Source of the DNA: Candidatus Eiseniibacteriota bacterium
Lineage (GTDB): Bacteria > Eisenbacteria > RBG-16-71-46
Length of the DNA stretch: 46,394 nt
Direction: 5' to 3'
Assembly (NCBI GenBank): GCA_031364845.1
Contig: JANLWX010000180.1
Span: 1-46,394, forward strand
Both the position numbers and the translations under genes were made by a program. The notes beneath the pieces were generated by a model that saw nothing but the letters and a program-made list of their open reading frames with translations, was not told where the DNA came from and searched no databases. Positions 11,001-19,583 of this stretch are shown here, piece by piece (position 1 is the first letter of the stretch; the number at the start of each line of letters is the position of its first letter).

Positions 11001-11830
11001 AACACGCGCCGCGGCACATCGCCGGCGTACTTCACGACGACGTACTTGCCCGAAGGCGAGATCGTCACCGAAGAGATCCTGCAGCCCCCCGGAAGTCCGC
11101 AGTCGGTGAGATCGTAAGCGGGCCCGATGCGCTTGGACGGATACGCCGCGTGCGGAGCCTGCGGATCCATGTCGACCACGAACATCCGCGTCGCATCGTT
11201 CAACGCGAGGAAGCGGCCGTCGGCCGACGGATTCCCACTGCCATTGCCGATGTAGGTCACCGGGAACGGCAGCGTCCAGTGCCGGGTCTGAATGCACTGC
11301 GTGACGTCGAACCACTGGAGCTGCGCGCCATTCACGGCGATGCGCTCGTGCGGGTGGCTCGGGCTCGGATGCCAGCGATCGTCGCCCGAATATCCCGGAC
11401 AGCGCCCGAAACGCGGTGCATACGACTCGCCATCGAGGAACACGGCCGTGGGAGCCTCGCGGTTCTGAAGGGCGAGCAAAGTTCCATCAGAGTTCCACGG
11501 CTGATCGAGGTCGCTGTGATGGCGTGCCTCACCGCTCCATCGGCCCGGGACGCCGTTCCCGACAATGCTTCCCGAGTCGGCGGTGATGCGCACGATGCTC
11601 GTGCGGAAGGTCGCATCGATCGCGGGGGCGAGATACCCGGGACGCGGAGCCGACGGGGCCGGCAAAACCAATCCGGGATCGGTCACCAGATCGACGACGC
11701 CTGCCGGGGAGGGCGCGGGCGCGAGCGCGGCGAGCAATGTGAACGCGAAAGATGCGAGGAGGATGCGATTGTCCGGCCGAACGGATCCGGATGACTTCGA
11801 GCGTGCCGAAACGACGCAGGCCTGCGGCAT
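8078..11830 (-). CDS. Secreted multidomain protein: propeller-like domain, PKD, purple acid phosphatase/metallophosphoesterase, CBM4/9-like domain, FlgD-Ig/CTD (start uncertain)
   Basis: PAP metal ligands GDVG, GDLTY, GNHE, GH, GHSH; NLVANPSFE CBM-like start; C-terminal FDIHGRVVR...GIYLYRV. Confidence 0.85.
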   Translation of the reverse strand: MPQACVVSARSKSSGSVRPDNRILLASFAFTLLAALAPAPSPAGVVDLVTDPGLVLPAPSAPRPGYLAPAIDATFRTSIVRITADSGSIVGNGVPGRWSGEARHHSDLDQPWNSDGTLLALQNREAPTAVFLDGESYAPRFGRCPGYSGDDRWHPSPSHPHERIAVNGAQLQWFDVTQCIQTRHWTLPFPVTYIGNGSGNPSADGRFLALNDATRMFVVDMDPQAPHAAYPSKRIGPAYDLTDCGLPGGCRISSVTISPSGKYVVVKYAGDVPRRVFDVDPATLALTPRAMPAGAVSCGGTDPARGYIYDVDDADLTRNPFDADEDVLVGREHCGNRGRRLNGQLIGGVVMVRLRDGAVTSLTDPTNEAIAQGISARNDQRPGWIYASYYAQAGKRFSDEIVAVKLDGSGAVERFAHKRSAYKACARCGAQPVPSRDGLRVLWASNWSTDCGPCGEARFVSAYVADARTDNEPANTAPNGVIDSPAAAVTITAGDKVKLESSGTDLDRDLPLSFHWNLGGGAPDSDQEDPGPTRFATPGVYALTLTVTDALGLADPTPATVVVTVLEGLPPGPPAHEVHWTFTGPTSVTLNWREGASWVRYGLTSAYDMQAEASAPAIRPFSSAGPFREARITGLEPDALYHYSIGGGPDHTFRTPPPHGTSGFEVMVAGDVGSSRGYREVPALQQLIAADMPRFTLMVGDLTYGNHHGMKAVEQHFEDVMPWSQDAAYMPAWGNHEWDIPDADDLRNYKGRFDLPNARTSPGSPAVSCCGEDWYWFDYGNVRFIAYPEPWVGAWLDWSLRAETLMSEADADTAIHFIVTFGHRPAYSSGHHPGASSIKKYLDGLGLKHPKYVLNLNGHSHNYERTHPQHGVIHITAGGGGGGLQDDPKNGCIWRGGCPPPEWSAFRAMHHSVVKLSFNPYSIEGWAICGPADTENDLTCTLGAPMDHFVIGTVRDTSVDAPTDSTNLVANPSFETSLIGWGGSGLASVARVPGGFDDEFCAEVSGRSGNSLNLVKGWIGINDTPNWISSVTAGERFRMTAWARSPRDSGVARIRVREYLGPVLVAPPMNSEVLQAGVEWAELALDYTALRDGSTLDVQFLYDPEGYNPTIQFDEISIERVTAQSARYAPGKLVQEWLEDDVEDGGGAAALGAREDPPAAFAARLHPSPLRDRSVLSFGITKRGLASVTLFDIHGRVVRRVIDEADLGLGRHDVTLDGRDDRGQRLGPGIYLYRVQAAEGVLSGRCVILQ

Positions 11831-12090
11831 TGTGGTCCACCGTCTCATCGGCTTCCATGCCGCGTCTGTTGACTTGGAGCTTCCACCCACCGCGATCCTT
11901 CGCATGCGGTCGGAACCCCGCGACTTCGGGTGCTTGCGCACCCGAATCGTTGCTGCCCCTCGATGCGTGGCGAGTGGCTGCGAGCCGCCCAGTCGAGGCG
12001 GCGTCACTATTTTTTGCACGGCCGGATGGGCTCGGACGCACTTGGGGAATGTAACCCAGTTCTGAAGTTTAATCTAGGCAGGATTTCGAG

Positions 12091-12645
12091 TTATGGGGTT
12101 TGGTCCCATGAATCGCGGTCCACCGAGTAGCGATACTCCTCGGCCGGCCGGCCCTTGAACTGGACCGTGGCGCTACCCTCCCGCCGCATGCCGAGCCGCT
12201 CCAGAAGGTGCCACGAGCGGGCGTTCTCGGCGTCGGTTTCCGCCACGACCCGGCCGAGCCCCAGCCCCTCGAACAAGTGGCGCACCAACCGGCTGACGGC
12301 CTCGAACGCGTAGCCCTGGCCCTGATGCTCGCGGGCGAACGTGAAACCGATTTCGGCAGTACCCGGCGGGTCGGTCAGCAGCTTGAGGGCGCAGTCCCCG
12401 ATCAGGACTCCGGTCGGGCGCAAGGCGACCGCGATCTGGAACCACTCCCCCGGGGGCGCGGGCCCGCCGGTCGAAAACTCCCGCGCGAACGCCTCGGCCG
12501 CCTCGCGGGTGATGCCCTCCCAGCTCTGCCAGCGCGCGACCTCGGGATCGTTGCGATAGTCGAAGAACGCCGCAGCGTCGGAGTCCCGGAAGTGGCGCAG
12601 TGTGAGGCGTTCGGTTTGAAGCGGAAGCAGCGGCGGCATCGTCAT
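12091..12645 (-). CDS. GNAT N-acetyltransferase (RimJ/RimL type)
   Basis: TERLTLR, AEIGF, QGQGYAFEA, N.RS..LLERLGMRREG. Confidence 0.9.
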   Translation of the reverse strand: MTMPPLLPLQTERLTLRHFRDSDAAAFFDYRNDPEVARWQSWEGITREAAEAFAREFSTGGPAPPGEWFQIAVALRPTGVLIGDCALKLLTDPPGTAEIGFTFAREHQGQGYAFEAVSRLVRHLFEGLGLGRVVAETDAENARSWHLLERLGMRREGSATVQFKGRPAEEYRYSVDRDSWDQTP

Positions 12646-12655
12646 GAACGAGCCG

Positions 12656-13426
12656 CTAGCGGGGATCGATGCGGCCGACCATCTGCTTGCCGATCGGCGT
12701 GCCTTCGCGGGCGTCGATGTAGACCCGCGCGTGCTCGTTCGCAAGCGCGGGAACGATCACACCCCAGGCCAGCACGTAGCGCGTTCCGATCGGGACGATC
12801 GTCAGCACCTGCCGCGCGCGGAACCCGTTCTCGTTCTCGAACTGCACCGAAGGCACGTTCTGCGGAGTCGAGCCCGGGCTGAACACGGCCTGCGCCCGGT
12901 TCTCGGCCTGCTCGGCGCCGAGCAGCGGCTCGATGTCGAGCGTGAGCCCCGGATGATAGCGGCCTTCGATCGAGCCCACGCGCCCATTGGCGAGCACGTT
13001 GGCCTCGTAGCCCGCGCCTGCCACCGGGATGCCGCGATAGGTCTGCTCGAATCGCGTGTAGCGCAGCCATCCGCGCGTGTAGCTGCGCACGATGCGGAAG
13101 TCGTCGAGCGTGGGGCGCAGGTTGAACCACAGCGCGCGATCGCGGAACACCTCGCGCACCGCCGCTTCTGCGACAGCCTCGGTGACGGCGACGGTCCCGG
13201 GCGAGCCGGGTGCTCCGGCGAGCGAACGGTTGACGAGCGAGATCGGCGTGCGCAGTTCAGGATCCCAGCGCACCATCCACTGATCGCTCTGGGCACCGAC
13301 ATCGATGCCGCCCTGCGGCGGAAGCGGCGCGCACGACGCGGCAAGCGCGGCGCAAGCGAGGACGATCGGCACGACCCAGCGTAAGCGTGTGTCTCGCGCG
13401 ACGAGTCCGATCTGCACGTGGCTCAT
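12656..13426 (-). CDS. Lipoprotein consisting of FTP and PepSY-like (M4/M36 peptidase propeptide) domains only
   Basis: ATG 13426 overlaps the MFS stop; lipobox-like LAASC; RFEQTYRGIPVAGA (FTP); VYIDAREG (PepSY). Confidence 0.65.
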   Translation of the reverse strand: MSHVQIGLVARDTRLRWVVPIVLACAALAASCAPLPPQGGIDVGAQSDQWMVRWDPELRTPISLVNRSLAGAPGSPGTVAVTEAVAEAAVREVFRDRALWFNLRPTLDDFRIVRSYTRGWLRYTRFEQTYRGIPVAGAGYEANVLANGRVGSIEGRYHPGLTLDIEPLLGAEQAENRAQAVFSPGSTPQNVPSVQFENENGFRARQVLTIVPIGTRYVLAWGVIVPALANEHARVYIDAREGTPIGKQMVGRIDPR

Positions 13427-14649
13427 GTGACGGGCAGGCTCGAGGTGGGCACACCACGCGGCGCCCGCCAGATCGAAAGGATCACACCGAACACGATCAA
13501 CCCGAGCAGCGCGAACAGCGCTTCGGCGTACAGCATTCCGCCCGCGCCCCACTTGCCGTGCGCCCAGCCGTCGATGGTGGTCATGTAGGCGATCGGCATG
13601 TTCGAGAGCGACGCGTAGAGGCTGTACTTGGTTGCCGCCGCACCTTTGCCCATCGCTTCGAGCACGAATGCCGAGAAACCGGCGTACGTGAGTCCGGTGA
13701 TGAGCGCGTAGACCAGCGTGAACACGACGTACATCGAGACGGTGCGCGGGGCGAGCGCCATCGCGACCGCGCACAGCGCCTGCAGCACACCGAACACCGC
13801 ATAGGCGCTCCTGCGGTTCATGCGGTCGCAGATCCAGCCGCCGAGCACGCAGCCCACCGCAGACACCAGCCCATTGACGACGCCGGTGACCAGGGCCACC
13901 ACGTTCGCCGACGCCTTCCAATCGGCGGCGACCGCCGACCACAACCCCGAGGCGGCACCCGAGCCGATCGGAAGGAAGCACAGCACGAGCGCGAGTGCCC
14001 CGGTCCGCGCGGTGGCCACACTCCACAGATCCTTGCCGACGCTCGCGATGCTGCGCGCGAGGTTTTCGTGGCGGTGCGATGCTTCGGGCTCGGTGACGAA
14101 GATCAACGCAAGACAGCACAGCAGGCACACTGCCCCCAGGATCGCGCCCGCCATCCATGGCGCGCCGAGATGCTGTGCCATCCACAATCCCGCGCCGCCG
14201 CCGAGCCCGGCGCCACCGAGATTGCCGGCCTGGAACCAGCCACCGGCGCGGCCCTTCTCGTCCTCGGGCGTGTCGTAGGCCATCAGACTCTCGGTCGCCA
14301 TTCCGACCAGCGTCACGGCGAAGTTCGAGATCACGACCACGACCGACAGCACCGCGAGCCCTGAAGGTGTCGCGGGAATCGCTCCGGTGGCCCAGATTCC
14401 GATGGCGCTCGTCACACATCCGATCACATACCAGCCCTTGCGGGTCAGCGTGGTGTCGGCGATCGGGGCCCACAGGAACTTCCACGTGTGCGGCAGAAAC
14501 GCGAGCGCGATCAGGCCCGCGATCTGCCCGATCGGCACGCCGGACTTGGTGAGCAGATAGGCGACCGCGACCGTGAGGTAGCCGGACATCACTCCGAACG
14601 GGAGGATGAGCACCATGAACAGCCATGGATGGACGCGGTGAGTGGACAT
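13423..14649 (-). CDS. MFS transporter, AmpG-like
   Basis: PHTWKFLWAPIAD, RKGW and ATKYSLYASLSN motifs; about 12 hydrophobic segments. Confidence 0.85.
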   Translation of the reverse strand: MSTHRVHPWLFMVLILPFGVMSGYLTVAVAYLLTKSGVPIGQIAGLIALAFLPHTWKFLWAPIADTTLTRKGWYVIGCVTSAIGIWATGAIPATPSGLAVLSVVVVISNFAVTLVGMATESLMAYDTPEDEKGRAGGWFQAGNLGGAGLGGGAGLWMAQHLGAPWMAGAILGAVCLLCCLALIFVTEPEASHRHENLARSIASVGKDLWSVATARTGALALVLCFLPIGSGAASGLWSAVAADWKASANVVALVTGVVNGLVSAVGCVLGGWICDRMNRRSAYAVFGVLQALCAVAMALAPRTVSMYVVFTLVYALITGLTYAGFSAFVLEAMGKGAAATKYSLYASLSNMPIAYMTTIDGWAHGKWGAGGMLYAEALFALLGLIVFGVILSIWRAPRGVPTSSLPVT

Positions 14650-14759
14650 GCCGCGTCATGGTAGCAGGATGCGCGGGGTGCACGCTCGCGCGAGTGCTCA
14701 GCGCGGCTTAGGAGGGTGCCCTGCGCGGCTCCCGCTTCGGCGAGACCGCGGGTACCCGA

Positions 14760-16460
14760 TCAGCGCGTGACCGGCACCCTCGCGGTCACGCTGCGATCGA
14801 CGCCGCGCGCGGTGACGAAGTAGAGCCCGGGTCGCACGGGTGATCCCGCGTGGCTGCGGCCGCTCCATTCGAATGCGTGTTCGCCCGCCGAGAGCGGGGC
14901 GTCGTTGAGTGTTGCGATCCGCGCTCCGGTCACGTCGCTCACGGTGAGGCGCACGTTCTGCTCCCGCGGTACGACGATCGAGAACCGCGTGCGTCCGCGG
15001 CTCGGGCTCGGATACGGAGGGTTGCCGAATGCGAGTTCACCGGTGCGCGCGGCGGCCGGTATCACACCGGCGACTTGTCCCTCGAAGCACACGAGCGACA
15101 GGCCCGCGACGCCGTACTCGGGGCGCAGTGCGAGGCCGCCCTGGAGATCGAGCCCCTCGATCCGCCGGAAGCGGCCGACGTGATCGCCGTAGTCGATGAT
15201 GTCGAAGCGATCGCCGGGCTGCGGTGTGAAACCGCTTGCGAGCGAGATCCGCAGCACGCCGGCCGGAATCAGGAAGTCTTCGACATCGAGCACATCGTAA
15301 CCCGTCGCGGGCACCGTGCCGCGGAGTTCGATGTCGACGGTTCCGAGCGAATCGACGGTCAGGCTGCCGGTGAACGACAGCCGTCCGATCGGACCACCGG
15401 GCGCGATGTGGCCGCGGTGCGCGGCGGGGATCGTCGAGAACGTGCACGTGCCGGAGCCGGTCACCACGCCTCCGGTGTCGTTCACGAACGTACCCACGGT
15501 CTGCGTGAAGATGCGGTTGGCGTCGATCGCGAGGGTGCCGCGGTTCAAGAAGCTCACGCCGGATCCGCTCACGGTGAGGTTCGCGTCGGTCAACGCGATC
15601 GTTCCGGTGTTGACGTGCGCCGCGTTCGCGCGCGCGACCGAAAGCGGACTCTGCACGTCGATCGCGCCGCGGTTGTCGAGCTGCGCATCGATCACGCGCG
15701 ATCCGGCGGGGAACGACCGGAGCGTGGCGCCGGGCGCATTCACGAGTGTGAAGTGTCCGGCCGACGCATTCGTCATCCGGAGCGTCACGTTGCCGAACCC
15801 GAGCGCACAGGCGAGATCGAGCGTGCCATGGTTCGTGTAGCGATCGCCGAGCTGAAAGATCGCCGCGGCGGTCGGCGTGCCCTCGATGCGCAGATTGGCG
15901 CCCGGATGATTCACGAGCGTCGAATCCGCGGACGTCGTGCCTTGCAGCACGAGCTTGCCGTGATTGGCGATCGCGCCCACGAGCGTGCTGACCGGATTCT
16001 TGAGGAACGTGCCGTGGTTCACGAGGACCGCGTGCATGACGGCACCTCCGATCGGAGACACCGGAGAACCGAGCACCACCGACCCGCGGTTCTCGACCGT
16101 CGCCGCGTCGAGCGTGAACTCCTGCAAATCGGCGAGTCCGTTCACTTCAACGACGAGCGAATCCGCCACGCTGAGCGTCGCCTCGCGCCCGAACAACGTC
16201 TGCGCCCCGCTCGTGGCACCCAGCGTGAGCCGGGTCACGGTCGCCACGGAATCGAGCGTCACGGTGTAGGTCCCATCGAGCGTGATGCGCGCGTCGTCGC
16301 CCACGCCGGGTACGGCCTGGGGCAGCCAGTTCACCGCATCGTGCCAGCGGCCGCCGGCCGGTTCGTTCCAGTGGATCGTGGCGGCGCGGGCGCCCGGAGC
16401 CCATGCAAAGGCCGTTGCCAGAGCGAGGAAACCCAGGATCCGTAGGCGAACATGGCGCAC
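14760..16460 (-). CDS. Secreted beta-helical/passenger-like repeat protein with FlgD-Ig/CTD tail
   Basis: Signal peptide ending ARA; N.G repeats; GYDVLDV...GFTPQPGDRFDII; C-terminal PYPSP...DVTGARIATL...GLYFV. Confidence 0.75.
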   Translation of the reverse strand: MRHVRLRILGFLALATAFAWAPGARAATIHWNEPAGGRWHDAVNWLPQAVPGVGDDARITLDGTYTVTLDSVATVTRLTLGATSGAQTLFGREATLSVADSLVVEVNGLADLQEFTLDAATVENRGSVVLGSPVSPIGGAVMHAVLVNHGTFLKNPVSTLVGAIANHGKLVLQGTTSADSTLVNHPGANLRIEGTPTAAAIFQLGDRYTNHGTLDLACALGFGNVTLRMTNASAGHFTLVNAPGATLRSFPAGSRVIDAQLDNRGAIDVQSPLSVARANAAHVNTGTIALTDANLTVSGSGVSFLNRGTLAIDANRIFTQTVGTFVNDTGGVVTGSGTCTFSTIPAAHRGHIAPGGPIGRLSFTGSLTVDSLGTVDIELRGTVPATGYDVLDVEDFLIPAGVLRISLASGFTPQPGDRFDIIDYGDHVGRFRRIEGLDLQGGLALRPEYGVAGLSLVCFEGQVAGVIPAAARTGELAFGNPPYPSPSRGRTRFSIVVPREQNVRLTVSDVTGARIATLNDAPLSAGEHAFEWSGRSHAGSPVRPGLYFVTARGVDRSVTARVPVTR

Positions 16461-16639
16461 AGGCGGAAACTCCGAAGCGCGGCGAGATGTGGATGCAAAT
16501 CCGCCCGAAGCGGACTCGGGGGGACAACGAGTGTAGCGGGATCGAGGCACGGAATGTACGCCTTTTCCGCTAGAATGGCGGCGACGTCTCCGTACTGGAG
16601 GCCGTAGCCTGCCGCAAGACCCCAACTCGAGGCTCACCC

Positions 16640-17191
16640 ATGGCACGCATACCGCCCGCGGAGGCGCCGCTCGCGCCGGCAGCCCAGGCCGAGCTCGACC
16701 GCCAGCTGGCCGAGCACGGCCGCGTGACGAACATGAAGCGCACGCTCGCCCACTCCCCGGCGGGGCTCATCGCGCTCATGACGTGGTATCCCCTGCGCGA
16801 TGAGGTCGCCGGTTTTCTCGGCGCGCGGCTCACCACGTTGTTCGCGCACGCGGTGTCGGCGGAGACCGACTGCCTGATCTGCTCGACGTTCTTCCGGCGC
16901 ATCCTGATCGATGCCGGCGAAGATCCCGATCAGCTCGATCTCGATGCGCGCGAGTCGGCGATCGTGGAGTATGGGCTGGCACTCGCGCGCGGCAACAGTC
17001 ACGTTCCCGACGCGCCGTACGAGCGGGCGGCAGCTCTGCTCGCGCCCGCGCAGATGGTGGCACTCACCGCATTCGGGGCGATGATGATCGCGACCAACGT
17101 CGTGAACAACGCACTGCGCGTGGACCTCGACGAATATCTGTGGACCTATCGCCGGCCGGACCGCTCACGTGGACCGGCGGAGGAACGATGA
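16640..17191 (+). CDS. AhpD/carboxymuconolactone decarboxylase-like protein with CxxC
   Basis: MARIP...N..RTLAHSP...VS..TDCLICS...NNAL.VDLD pattern. Confidence 0.75.
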   Translation: MARIPPAEAPLAPAAQAELDRQLAEHGRVTNMKRTLAHSPAGLIALMTWYPLRDEVAGFLGARLTTLFAHAVSAETDCLICSTFFRRILIDAGEDPDQLDLDARESAIVEYGLALARGNSHVPDAPYERAAALLAPAQMVALTAFGAMMIATNVVNNALRVDLDEYLWTYRRPDRSRGPAEER

Positions 17192-17994
17192 CGCTCGAAC
17201 TCGATGGACAGGTCGCATTCATAACCGGAGCCGCGCACGGCCAGGGTCGCGCGACGGCACTCGCGCTCGCGCGCGCCGGCATGCACATCGCGGCCCTCGA
17301 TGTCGCGAAGACGCTTGCCTATCCCGCGTACGGCATGGGCACCGGCGACGAACTGCAATCGCTCGATGCCGAGGTGCGTGGGCTGGGCCGCGAGTGCGCG
17401 ATCTACGCCGCGGACGTGCGCGACGATTCCACCGTCGCGCCGGCGGTCGCCGATGCCGCGCAGCGCTTCGGGCACATCGACGTGCTGTTCAACAACGCCG
17501 GCATCTGCGCCTATGGACTCGCCCACGAGATGCCCGAGTCCGAGTGGGACGCGATGATCGACATCAATCTCAAAGGCGCATGGATCGTCGCTCGCCACGT
17601 GATCCCGCACATGATCCGGCAGAAGTCGGGCGTGATCATCAACAACTCATCGATCGCGGGACTGCGCGGCATGAACCGGCTCAGCCACTACGCCGCGAGC
17701 AAGTGGGGGCTGGTCGGGCTCACCAAGTCGTGGGCGATCGAACTCGCGCCGCACAACATCCGCGTGATCTCGATCCATCCGACCGGCGTGAACACGCCGA
17801 TGAACGATGGTCTCGCCGCGATGGAGGGCACGACCACGCAGGAGATCGCCGAGCGCTCGGCGGGCAATCTGTTGCCGGTGCCGTGGATCGAGCCCGAGGA
17901 CGTCGCCGAAGCCGTGCTGTGGCTCGTCTCGAAGAAGGCGCGCTTCGTCACGGGATCGCAGATGGTGCTGGATGCGGGCCTGCTGACCCGTTAA
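17188..17994 (+). CDS. SDR oxidoreductase of the mycofactocin-coupled type
   Basis: GGAGG SD; ITGAAHGQGR; insertion DVAKTLAYPAYGMGTGDEL; NNAG; YAASK; HPTGVNTPM; NLLPVPWIEPED. Confidence 0.85.
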   Translation: MTLELDGQVAFITGAAHGQGRATALALARAGMHIAALDVAKTLAYPAYGMGTGDELQSLDAEVRGLGRECAIYAADVRDDSTVAPAVADAAQRFGHIDVLFNNAGICAYGLAHEMPESEWDAMIDINLKGAWIVARHVIPHMIRQKSGVIINNSSIAGLRGMNRLSHYAASKWGLVGLTKSWAIELAPHNIRVISIHPTGVNTPMNDGLAAMEGTTTQEIAERSAGNLLPVPWIEPEDVAEAVLWLVSKKARFVTGSQMVLDAGLLTR

Positions 17995-18011
17995 CCGCGC
18001 GAAGCCGTTAA

Positions 18012-18038
18012 CCGGGCGAAGCCGAAGGCTTCGCCCGG
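18012..18038. terminator. 12-bp perfect inverted repeat between convergent genes
   Basis: CCGGGCGAAGCC-GAA-GGCTTCGCCCGG. Confidence 0.55.
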
Positions 18039-18117
18039 ACTCTTAGCTCTCCGCCGACCTGGCTCCACGCCGCAGCGCGATGTTCCCCCCGCACGTCTCT
18101 CGCTCCCGCCGCGTGAT

Positions 18118-19440
18118 TCACTTCTTCGCGACGATCCGCTCCATCAAAGCTTCCAACCGCGCCATACCATCCGTGATCGCACCGGGCGACACTGCCCCCA
18201 CCGACAGCCGGAACCACCCATCCTCGCGCACCAATCCGAACGCCTGGAACGGCACCGCCGCCACGCCGGCGGATTCGAGCAGCAGCCGGCGGATGTCCTC
18301 GTTGGTGTGCAGTTCACGGCCGTCGATCGTGCTGCCGAACAAATCCAGGCCCACCGACAGATAGAGCGTTCCTTCGGGAGCCACGGCATCGACCGGAAAT
18401 CCACGCTCACGCATCGACATGAAGCTGCGATAGAGCAGCTCCAGCCGCTCGCGGAGCTGCCGGTGCATCTGCAGCCGGAAGGCGTGGAAGTCCTCGGCAT
18501 GGTCGAGGAACTCGGCGGTCGCGATCTGTTCCGCGCGCGGCGCCCATGCGCCAACGTGGCCGAGGAAGTCGGACATGCGTTGCGCCACGGCGGGTGCAGC
18601 GACCGACCACCCGACACGCAGCCCGGTCGAAGCGAGTGACTTGGAGATCGCATCGAGAGCCACCGTGAACGGTGCCACCTCGGGCACCAGCTTCGCCGGT
18701 GACACGGGCTCATCGTTATCGAATTCGAGCGCCCAGTAGACGTGATCGAACATGAGGAACACCGGACGATCGCCGGCCGCGGCGCGGCGCGTGTTTTCCG
18801 CGACGATGTCGCGACAGATCTCGGCGAGCACATCGGAGTCGATCGCGGTGCCGGTCGGATTGAGCGGCGTGTTGAGCGCGAGCATGCGGATCTCGGGCAG
18901 TACGGCGCGCACCTGTGCCGGTGTCGGATGGAAACGCGATGCGCGCGTGACTTCGAGCGGCACGGCCCGCGCGCCGGTGAGATAGCAGTAATGGTTGTTG
19001 TTCCACGAAGGCACCGGGAACGCCACCGCTTCGCCGCGATCCACGAGCGTGCGGTAGGTCGCATAGATCAACGGCCGTGCTCCGCCCGCGACCAGCACCG
19101 ATTCGACCGGATACTCGAGGCCCAGCTCACGAAGATAGAACCGCGCGATCGCCTGGCGCAGCTCGAGCACACCGTTCGAGGGCGGATAGTTCGTGTGTCC
19201 GGCCGCGAGCGCGCGCGTGATGCCCGACAACAGCCGCGGTGGCGCCGGGAATTCGCGCGCATCGAAGTCGCCGACCGTGAGATTGCAGACCGGCTGCCCG
19301 GCGGTGATCAGCGCGCGCACTTCACCGGCAATGCGCAGGACTTCGGAGCCGATGAGCCCGCGCGCGAGCGGCGAGAGACTGCTGCCGCTCACACCCGCGA
19401 ATACGAGCGGAAACGTGGACACTTTCGATGGACGCGTCAT
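18118..19440 (-). CDS. PLP-dependent aminotransferase class I/II (aspartate aminotransferase-like)
   Basis: NLTVGDF, PLNPTG, DHVY, DAISKSLASTGLRVGW (PLP lysine), WFRLSVGA. Confidence 0.9.
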   Translation of the reverse strand: MTRPSKVSTFPLVFAGVSGSSLSPLARGLIGSEVLRIAGEVRALITAGQPVCNLTVGDFDAREFPAPPRLLSGITRALAAGHTNYPPSNGVLELRQAIARFYLRELGLEYPVESVLVAGGARPLIYATYRTLVDRGEAVAFPVPSWNNNHYCYLTGARAVPLEVTRASRFHPTPAQVRAVLPEIRMLALNTPLNPTGTAIDSDVLAEICRDIVAENTRRAAAGDRPVFLMFDHVYWALEFDNDEPVSPAKLVPEVAPFTVALDAISKSLASTGLRVGWSVAAPAVAQRMSDFLGHVGAWAPRAEQIATAEFLDHAEDFHAFRLQMHRQLRERLELLYRSFMSMRERGFPVDAVAPEGTLYLSVGLDLFGSTIDGRELHTNEDIRRLLLESAGVAAVPFQAFGLVREDGWFRLSVGAVSPGAITDGMARLEALMERIVAKK

Positions 19441-19510
19441 GGTGAACTCTTATAACGCAGACGCGCGCGGCGCGCCACGGGGCGTGCGGATCAAAGCGGA
19501 TATTGGCGAA

Positions 19511-19556
19511 GATAAATCCGCGGATCGGACGAAGGGGATCGTCCGACCCGCGGTTT
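19511..19556 (-). terminator. Intrinsic terminator candidate after the SYLF gene
   Basis: Minus strand CCGCGGGTCGGACGA-TCCCCT-TCGTCCGATCCGCGG then ATTTATC. Confidence 0.6.
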
Positions 19557-19583
19557 GAGGGGGGCTTCGGTCGTACTCTGCTG

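Noticed and set aside
13427..14683. N-terminal ~420 aa of track ORF 12656..14683
   Set aside because: Alternative frame over the MFS gene; the real protein starts at ATG 13426.
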